Positions 1-6,228 of a DNA stretch of 26,882 nt are shown here, piece after piece. Under the pieces are notes generated by a model. It ran no database searches. It had not been told where the DNA came from and saw nothing but the letters and a program-made list of their open reading frames with translations. Numbering within the stretch: the stretch's first letter is position 1; each line of letters starts with the position of its first letter. Position numbers and translations under genes: made by a program. Where the stretch lies: positions 1-26,882 of IMG/VR virus record IMGVR_UViG_3300032292_000873; one strand, 5' to 3'. The stretch is from a virus (lineage: Duplodnaviria > Caudoviricetes).

Positions 1-316
1 CCAGGTCAACTGCATACGCTGACTCATTGCCTTTATAATGATCTGACATGTTACCCGAAGCAGTCATTTCTCTAGACCTCTTTTGGGACATTATCACGTT
101 TTTTCCCATGAATTCATTAGCGACTTTAGCGAAGGCCAATGCTCTAGTCATAGATCCTCCCCAACTACCGCCCTCTCCGCCTGGTGAAATGCTTGCAGTG
201 TCTATTGAACCTTGTGAAAGTCCAAACATTGGGTCCTTATATCTAGCTAATGGATCAAACTTAAATGATGCAGATTCGTTTAGGCCTTGCCATTCGTTAA
301 AACTTAGGAATTTCAC
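1..316 (-). CDS. Partial (3'-truncated) protein with M15/Hedgehog-DD-peptidase-like zinc motif; putative peptidoglycan peptidase, possibly head-packaged
   Basis: Manual translation from GTG at 316, open to the window edge: MKFLSFNEWQGLNESASFKF...SQKRSREMTASGNMSDHYKGNESAYAVDL. SxH..G...AxD resembles the M15 zinc motif. GATAAATAA lies ~19 nt upstream. Not in the ORF track. Confidence 0.65.
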   Translation of the reverse strand, partial: MKFLSFNEWQGLNESASFKFDPLARYKDPMFGLSQGSIDTASISPGGEGGSWGGSMTRALAFAKVANEFMGKNVIMSQKRSREMTASGNMSDHYKGNESAYAVDL

Positions 317-330
317 GTTAAGGTTTTCTT

Positions 331-813
331 TTATTTATTTATCAGGTGTCTGTCTAGTATTATAAGCTGTGACCTTGATGTTATTCCATATGCTTCATCC
401 CTATCTACGAACTTCGCCCAATCTACTTCATGTAATTGTAACATGGAAGTAGGCAACTTAATATCGTCTAGTCCTATTTGAGAAAGATCAGAGATCTCAC
501 ATACAAAATAGATCATTTTTCCGCTAGGCTTATTACCTCGATAAAAGTCTATTGTATGTGGTGTAGGATCGACTAGGGAAGCTTCTAAGGCTATTCCTGT
601 CTCTTCGTTAAGTTCACGCAACGCAGCTTCAAAAGGATCTTCTCCTTCCTCTATTCCTCCCTTAGGTATTCCACACGTTCCGCGTTGCCAGCCTGAATTG
701 GTCGGGTGTATCAAGAGTATCTTGTTATCAAACAGAAGAGCAATCCCAGCTGCCATTCGCCTTTTCTTCTTGACGGATGACTCGTTTATGAATTGATTGA
801 AGGTTATTATCAT
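331..813 (-). CDS. Nudix hydrolase
   Basis: Canonical Nudix box GGIEEGEDPFEAALRELNEETGI (GX5EX7REUXEEXGU). N-terminus MIITFNQFINES. Confidence 0.93.
   Translation of the reverse strand: MIITFNQFINESSVKKKRRMAAGIALLFDNKILLIHPTNSGWQRGTCGIPKGGIEEGEDPFEAALRELNEETGIALEASLVDPTPHTIDFYRGNKPSGKMIYFVCEISDLSQIGLDDIKLPTSMLQLHEVDWAKFVDRDEAYGITSRSQLIILDRHLINK
335..343 (-). promoter_or_regulatory. Late-promoter-like motif GATAAATAA
   Basis: ~19 nt upstream of GTG 316. One of a recurring set resembling the T4 late promoter TATAAATA. Confidence 0.6.
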
Positions 814-820
814 CTTTTTT

Positions 821-1666
821 CTATATTAGACTTTCATAGTCTATCACCCCGACCGGCTTAATCAAAAGCTTCTCATATTGCATCTTTTGATAGTGAGGCT
901 TTAGGTAATTTTCACTAACGTGTTTTTTAAACCAAGTCGGAAGCTTTGTTGCATGATGAGACTCATAAAGCCTTTCATATAACTTTACTGATTGGGGAAC
1001 GTTTAGTTCTCCCTCTTGAACGATCTTATCTAAAAACAGACGATCGCCTTTCTCCAATAAGTGGACTATGAATATGTTGCTTTCAGTCAAGCCTTTTATC
1101 TTGCTTAAGATGTTTTCTAATTGGTCTTGCCATTTAAACCTACCTAAGTCCGCATCAAAGCCGATTCCTCGAACTCTTTTTATTGCGTGGACAGGTTTAC
1201 CGTCTAGCGAAAGCACTTCATAGCTTCCTCTAGGTAAGACTTTTTCTTGATATACTGGGAAAGTCTTCTCAGACTGCTTAAACTTGTGATACGTCTTGTA
1301 TTCCTCTGATCCATTCTTTCCAAGACCGATTATCGGAAACTTTAGGCTCTTCACTGAATGTCGACCTTCTACTGCGTTTGGGATAAACTCTTCGCCCTTC
1401 ATCATGGAAACGATTGATGCTGGATCCTGTAAGAAAGAACGATTGTATAGGTATTGACCTGAACTCTCGTTAATTTCTCTAAAGCTAAAGTTGTCCCACA
1501 TTATCAATGGAACCTCTCTATCTAGGGAAGAAAGATCGTCTAGATTAGAAACCTTCTCAAACAAAGAATGGGGCTCAAACTTAGAAGCAATTGCCACCCT
1601 CTTTTTAAACCTTTCAGGGTCCTTAGAATAAAAATTGGAGTAGTTTTCAAAGCTTTTTAACTTCAT
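821..1666 (-). CDS. Degenerate ATP-grasp (RimK-like) fold protein
   Basis: Ordered segments FIPNAV, LKFPII, VYQEKV, SYEVLSLDG and LFLDKI parallel RimK-type iP.t, .fPvi.KP, .Qe.i, dyRv.v.gg and y.lEvN, but the key K, R and ExN residues are absent. Confidence 0.5.
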   Translation of the reverse strand: MKLKSFENYSNFYSKDPERFKKRVAIASKFEPHSLFEKVSNLDDLSSLDREVPLIMWDNFSFREINESSGQYLYNRSFLQDPASIVSMMKGEEFIPNAVEGRHSVKSLKFPIIGLGKNGSEEYKTYHKFKQSEKTFPVYQEKVLPRGSYEVLSLDGKPVHAIKRVRGIGFDADLGRFKWQDQLENILSKIKGLTESNIFIVHLLEKGDRLFLDKIVQEGELNVPQSVKLYERLYESHHATKLPTWFKKHVSENYLKPHYQKMQYEKLLIKPVGVIDYESLI

Positions 1667-1668
1667 GC

Positions 1669-3465
1669 TTAAACCTTTTTAAAGTCTTTAAACGATAGAA
1701 CTGTACGACTTTCGTTGTTTTTAGCAACGTCCCTAACTGAAATAGAAGTTCCAGTATTAACTATGTCACCTGAACCTCCTCTTTTTACCTCGCCTGCTGC
1801 GACCTTATCGAAGAATGTCTTAAACTGCTTGGCGTCTGGGCTCTCGTCTGCCTTATCGTAAACCACGTGCATGATTGAAGGTTTTCCTGAGATTTGTGCA
1901 TAATGATTTTGATAGTCAGTAATCTTGTCAAATGCTTCCTGATCAGTTGAGTCTAACACCAAAGATGGAACGTAGTCTGCACCAGTCTTTCTTTTTTCTT
2001 CTTCAATTCTTCTATTAATGAAATCGTTGAATGCTCCGTTTCCATGACCTTCGACTTCATCTTTTGACCATTTACTCTTTCCTGGAACGAAGTCAGAACC
2101 AAATATTAACTTGTATATCTGTTTTCCTATGAAATAAGAAAGTCTTGTCTTGAATGCAGCAACTGTCTCAGCGTTGAATCTAGTCTTTAAGAAAGCACCT
2201 ATTCTGTCCCTAAAAGCGGCTTTAACTGCAGGACTGGCGACTGCCTTGTGATACTTTACCAACTCTGCACCAGTTTTGAAAGTCATAGTTTTTCCTCCCT
2301 TTGTTGCAGTCATTGTATATGCCTTGGCGACATCGTCTGCTGGAAATCTAAACACTTTTGATGTCAGAGGTTCTACCAACTCTACAAATTTTCCATCTGG
2401 TGTTATTCTCGAAAATGCTTTCTTAGCCAGAAGATCATCAATGTTCTTAACTGCACCCTTTTCAAGAAGCTTGAAGTTAGAAGCGAACAGGGACATGCTG
2501 TCTCCGAATTTAGTCAAGATTCCGCCAAGTCCATCGAATATCGGTCGTAAGAGTCCACCTAATCCTGGAATCCATGAAACTATTTTACCTATTCCTTGTA
2601 TGAATTTTGCAAGTAGAGTAGATGCCTTAGAAAGAGCCGTTCCTACCATAGATGCGAGCAATCCTAAGAATCTCATAACTGGACCTTTGCTTCCAGTCTT
2701 TGCAAGAGCCTCAGCAGCTTCTTCAACTCCTCCTTTTTTAGCCAACTTCACAAATATCGTTTCAGCAGGTTTAGCGACTGGCTTGAATATCTTAAGACCG
2801 TCACCTGCACCCATTATTATTGCTGCAATTAATGAAATTATCGCAAGCATCCATTTTCCTCTAATTGCATAGATGATTGCGTTGATGATGTCAGCAACTA
2901 CGCCTACTCCAGGAAATATGAAGTCTCCAACGAGTCCAATTATGTCGATTATGAAATGTATTATACCTATGACAGATCCACCTTCGGTTAGAGCGTTCCA
3001 TACCTTTTTTAAGGTTCCTAAGATGGTCCATTTTGACCCAGCGGCCGGCGCCTTTTTTTCTCCGCCAGTCAGAGCTGTCCCGAATCCATCCATAGTGCCT
3101 TCAACAGGTGCACCTAACGCCATTGCTTCCTCAAACAACTTATGTTTTATGAAGTTTCTAAAGTCGTCAATCGCCTCATTTATCTGTTGAGTAGTCAACC
3201 CTAGTGCTCTTGCTTCTTCAAGGATTTGATTTTTACCCAAAGAAAGGTTAGTATAGTAATCTTTTACCCTATTTCCAGCAGATTCAAAGATCTTATCAAA
3301 GTGTATCCCTAATGAAATCTCACTAGGCACTGCGGATTCTATTGCATTTAGCGAGTGAGCCTCACTTACTAGGTTTTCAAAAGTTACTGTGCTAAATAAC
3401 TGTTTCTGGTATTTTGGGAATTCAGCATTTATGAAATCACATGCCAGTATCTGCTCAGCAGTCAT
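1669..3465 (-). CDS. 598-aa virion-associated protein with internal pre-toxin TG-like hydrophobic hairpin
   Basis: No signal peptide. Hydrophobic segment IHFIIDIIGLVGDFIFPGVGVVADIINAIIYAIRGKWMLAIISLIAAIIMGAGDGLK followed by amphipathic helices. Many [ILV]xE sites near the N-terminus. Late-type motif upstream. Confidence 0.6.
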   Translation of the reverse strand: MTAEQILACDFINAEFPKYQKQLFSTVTFENLVSEAHSLNAIESAVPSEISLGIHFDKIFESAGNRVKDYYTNLSLGKNQILEEARALGLTTQQINEAIDDFRNFIKHKLFEEAMALGAPVEGTMDGFGTALTGGEKKAPAAGSKWTILGTLKKVWNALTEGGSVIGIIHFIIDIIGLVGDFIFPGVGVVADIINAIIYAIRGKWMLAIISLIAAIIMGAGDGLKIFKPVAKPAETIFVKLAKKGGVEEAAEALAKTGSKGPVMRFLGLLASMVGTALSKASTLLAKFIQGIGKIVSWIPGLGGLLRPIFDGLGGILTKFGDSMSLFASNFKLLEKGAVKNIDDLLAKKAFSRITPDGKFVELVEPLTSKVFRFPADDVAKAYTMTATKGGKTMTFKTGAELVKYHKAVASPAVKAAFRDRIGAFLKTRFNAETVAAFKTRLSYFIGKQIYKLIFGSDFVPGKSKWSKDEVEGHGNGAFNDFINRRIEEEKRKTGADYVPSLVLDSTDQEAFDKITDYQNHYAQISGKPSIMHVVYDKADESPDAKQFKTFFDKVAAGEVKRGGSGDIVNTGTSISVRDVAKNNESRTVLSFKDFKKV

Positions 3466-3480
3466 ATCGATCAGTTTTAA

Positions 3481-3489
3481 TTATTTATC
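3481..3489 (-). promoter_or_regulatory. Late-promoter-like motif GATAAATAA
   Basis: Intergenic, ~16 nt upstream of ATG 3465. Confidence 0.72.
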
Positions 3490-3514
3490 TGACCGTGTGG
3501 CACTTTTTAATAAC

Positions 3515-4597
3515 TTAGGAAAACGGCTTAGCTTTAATGAAGCTCTTAATAAAAGCTTTGTAGTTAGTTAGCATGTCTTCCTTAGAACACTCTTTGAAAT
3601 AGAGATAAATTTCTTCTAAGTCTTCTATGTTATTAAAAGAAAATGCTGTACTCATGAATTCAAACTTATATGAGACTGGGATCAAACCAAAGATGAGGGC
3701 TTCATATATTCTGGCCGGAACAAACTTGTGATTGTCATATTTGTCCTTAGTCACGTTTAACATGACGTTCGACGCAAGTAAAGTACCAAAAATTATTTGT
3801 CTATCGTAACGCTCAATGTGAAGGTTTCTATTGGCATCAGGACGAAGGACTGCACCTTCATAATCTTCTCTTTTACAAATCAGACTCAATGCATCTTCTT
3901 TCCCATCATTCATCTTTTCAATGTGACGGATTGCATCGCCTAAGATCTCATTCTTTTGATTGCCCTTCTTGTAATTTGAGGTATTGATGTTTCCATAGTA
4001 GACTGTGCAAAGGCCGTCGTGTTTCTCATCCCAATTTTCGATATTAACTGCAATGCATTCTTCTAAGAAATCGGATGAGATTCCAGGAAAATCAATAGAC
4101 GGAATCACGATAGTCACGAATTCTTCATATTTGGTGGTGAAGTGGTGGGAAAGAGAAAGGTCAGTATCGAGTATGATGATCTCTTCCTTTGAGTAGCCCG
4201 CCTCAATTGCAGTAGTTATCAAAAGTTCAAACGTTCTAGCGTCTTTCCACTTCTTACTTAAAGTTGAGAGATTTCTAAACCTTGCCTTTAGAAAGAGCTT
4301 ATCGTATTTTTTCTCAGAAACATTTGAAAACATTTCGGTCAAACCTATTAAGTATTTGTCTATTCTCTTTTCAAAATATTTTATGAATATGTTAGAGTGA
4401 AGACAGTTAGGGAAACCGGATAGACCTGACGTTCGATCGGGCATGTCTTCTTCTGGATAATAACTAAAGAAATCAAATTTTTCTTGACCATACTCATTAG
4501 CGATAGAATCAATCAATCCTAATTGATATAGGTTGTGACCTGGAGTATCAGTGAAGTGTAGGTCAAGAAGACCAAAATAAGTGTAAAGGCTTTTCAT
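3515..4597 (-). CDS. GT-B glycosyltransferase, T4 DNA beta-glucosyltransferase-like
   Basis: 360 aa. Collinear motifs YDKLFL, IILDTDLSL, TVYYGN and LNVTKDKYDNHKFVPARIYEAL match, from recall, T4 BGT YDRLIV, YLFTDIRL, DVIYGG and LIIGDKNYNDNFITLRVWETM. Confidence 0.72.
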   Translation of the reverse strand: MKSLYTYFGLLDLHFTDTPGHNLYQLGLIDSIANEYGQEKFDFFSYYPEEDMPDRTSGLSGFPNCLHSNIFIKYFEKRIDKYLIGLTEMFSNVSEKKYDKLFLKARFRNLSTLSKKWKDARTFELLITTAIEAGYSKEEIIILDTDLSLSHHFTTKYEEFVTIVIPSIDFPGISSDFLEECIAVNIENWDEKHDGLCTVYYGNINTSNYKKGNQKNEILGDAIRHIEKMNDGKEDALSLICKREDYEGAVLRPDANRNLHIERYDRQIIFGTLLASNVMLNVTKDKYDNHKFVPARIYEALIFGLIPVSYKFEFMSTAFSFNNIEDLEEIYLYFKECSKEDMLTNYKAFIKSFIKAKPFS

Positions 4598-4600
4598 ATT

Positions 4601-5023
4601 CTATTTTATTGGATTTATGGGTTGGGTTTTAGCCCAAGCCAAATATTTGTTTAACACACCGTCGTCAGGGTCAACATTGAGATTTCCTTTTTGAAATATC
4701 TCCCATGAATCCTGAGCGTACTTACCTATTCCATATAGTTCTTTAGGTTCGGTCCACTTGGATTCAAGCCAGTCCCTTGAGAACCTTTGAATTGTCTTGG
4801 TTCTACGATTCTTAAAACCTAAATGGGCGATTACTTCTGCCATTTCTTCTGGATCTGCAGAGATTGCGCTTTCTGGATCTGGATAGAGCTCAAAGAAACG
4901 GTCCCTAACTCTATCTACCTGTTTTCTAGAAGTACAATTTAACATTATACAACAAATGAGCACCCGCCAAGGATGCTCATTGTATATTTCTTGTAGTAGA
5001 TTAAGCGGACTCTTCAGTATCAT
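4601..5023 (-). CDS. MBD4-like HhH DNA glycosylase (stand-alone catalytic domain)
   Basis: SPLNLLQE..HPWRVLICCIMLNCTS, LGFKNRR, ELYGIGKYAQDSWEIF and PDDGVLNKYLAW closely follow the MBD4 glycosylase domain (SPFNLVQE, LNRTS, ELHGIGKYGNDSYRIF, PEDHKLNKY). ATG at 5023 preferred over TTG at 5038. Confidence 0.88.
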   Translation of the reverse strand: MILKSPLNLLQEIYNEHPWRVLICCIMLNCTSRKQVDRVRDRFFELYPDPESAISADPEEMAEVIAHLGFKNRRTKTIQRFSRDWLESKWTEPKELYGIGKYAQDSWEIFQKGNLNVDPDDGVLNKYLAWAKTQPINPIK

Positions 5024-5831
5024 TCTTATAGGCAACAAAGTGAGTTATGTAGTTCTTACCCTCAGCAACGTTAGGCAACTTACGAATGACGTCAAAGTTT
5101 TCTTCTAAGATATTCATCACTTCTCCAAAAAGTAAGGTTCTGTGATCTTTACCTTTTCTTAGTGCGCGTAAAGCGTTAAAGTGCCACTCAACGACAATCA
5201 CCCTAATTTGAGACCAGTCAGTCACTGCCTTGATCAGCTCGTATTCTGCTCCTTCAACATCCATCTTGATTGCAGTTGCACCGCTTTCTTTAATGGCGTC
5301 GTTGATGTTTATTGCAGGCACGCTAATGTGTTCACGACCTCTTACTGGTAAGATTGAGTGCTTTCCTGAGTCAGACGATATAAAGAACTCTATCAGCTCT
5401 TCATCGATTGGGCTTATTGCCTTTTGTACGACTTCACAAGTTTCTTCTACTCCATTTAGCTTGATGTTTTCAACAGCAAACGAAACGTTATGTGGTAGGG
5501 CCTCATACGAGATTATCTTTGAGATGTTTGGAAATTGCTTAGCCATACGAATGGCAAAGAATCCCATATGACCGCCTATGTCTAGCCACGTGTCTGCACG
5601 ATTCAACATGAAGTTAACGTCTACCGGTTCACCCATGCTCTTTGCAACAAATGGCTTGATGTATTCTCCGCTGTTTGGTCCTCTAGACACGTTTGTTCCA
5701 ACGTTATAGGTAACCTCATTGAATCCGCGTCGAACCCAAAACTGGAAGTCCGCATATCGGGTCTTCCAGTCAATGAGTTCAAGCTGATTGAATTTTTTTG
5801 CAGTATTAAAGTCTATTCTAGTATCCATCAA
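5001..5831 (-). CDS. FkbM-family SAM-dependent methyltransferase
   Basis: WLDIGGHMGFFA (motif I), SYEALPHN, and IKMDVEGAEYELI (FkbM signature). Confidence 0.9.
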   Translation of the reverse strand: MMDTRIDFNTAKKFNQLELIDWKTRYADFQFWVRRGFNEVTYNVGTNVSRGPNSGEYIKPFVAKSMGEPVDVNFMLNRADTWLDIGGHMGFFAIRMAKQFPNISKIISYEALPHNVSFAVENIKLNGVEETCEVVQKAISPIDEELIEFFISSDSGKHSILPVRGREHISVPAININDAIKESGATAIKMDVEGAEYELIKAVTDWSQIRVIVVEWHFNALRALRKGKDHRTLLFGEVMNILEENFDVIRKLPNVAEGKNYITHFVAYKNDTEESA

Positions 5832-5845
5832 GGGTTGTTTAGTTC

Positions 5846-6127
5846 TTATACTGTCTCAGCCTTTTGGGTTTCGCCCGCTTTTTTAGTCTTCATGACAGTA
5901 AGAACGCCGCCTTTAAAGGAAGTCTCAACCTTAATCTTGTTGCGTCTGCTGAAATAACTGATCCCTGCTCGTAAGTTACGAAGCTCTCTAGAATCAGCTA
6001 GGCCTTTAACTTCAAAGAAGTTGCCGATTCGCATTTTCTTTAGGTTTTCTTGGATCTTAGTCGCAACCGTGTTGCTAACTGTTGGCTGAGCCTTTTGGAT
6101 CGGGCCTACTACAATTGTGCTTTTCAT
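5846..6127 (-). CDS. Small basic protein, possibly nucleic-acid binding
   Basis: 93 aa, K/R-rich (LKKMRIGNFFEV...RAGISYFSRRNKIKV). First gene after the terminator and the 14-bp motif. Confidence 0.65.
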   Translation of the reverse strand: MKSTIVVGPIQKAQPTVSNTVATKIQENLKKMRIGNFFEVKGLADSRELRNLRAGISYFSRRNKIKVETSFKGGVLTVMKTKKAGETQKAETV

Positions 6128-6148
6128 TTAGAAATAATTTTAAGTTTG

Positions 6149-6162
6149 AGACTATAATACTA
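6149..6162 (-). promoter_or_regulatory. 14-bp motif TAGTATTATAGTCT (copy 1), candidate non-late promoter/operator
   Basis: Exact second copy at 17984-17997. Both are intergenic and ~20 nt upstream of a minus-strand start codon. Confidence 0.6.
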
Positions 6163-6171
6163 TAAAAAATG

Positions 6172-6207
6172 AAAAATAAAAAATGGGCGCTAAAAATAAC
6201 GCCCATT
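6172..6207 (-). terminator. Intrinsic terminator
   Basis: Minus strand reads AATGGGCG-TTATTTTTAG-CGCCCATT (arms 6200-6207 and 6182-6189), then a T-rich tract. Lies ~20 nt after the stop of the 530-aa gene. Confidence 0.8.
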
Positions 6208-6228
6208 ATCAATAAATTTAATAGGTTA

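Noticed and set aside
48-365. 105-aa plus-strand ORF
   Set aside because: Antisense shadow of the minus-strand peptidase-motif gene, which has a promoter motif and a recognisable leader.
2276-3190. Plus-strand ORFs of 198 and 105 aa
   Set aside because: Antisense to the 598-aa gene. The apparent composition merely mirrors its codons.
6141-6148. TAAGTTTG matching the Bacteroidota -7 element (TAnnTTTG) on the plus strand
   Set aside because: It points away from the adjacent gene, is not repeated at the second 14-bp site, and is likely by chance in AT-rich DNA.
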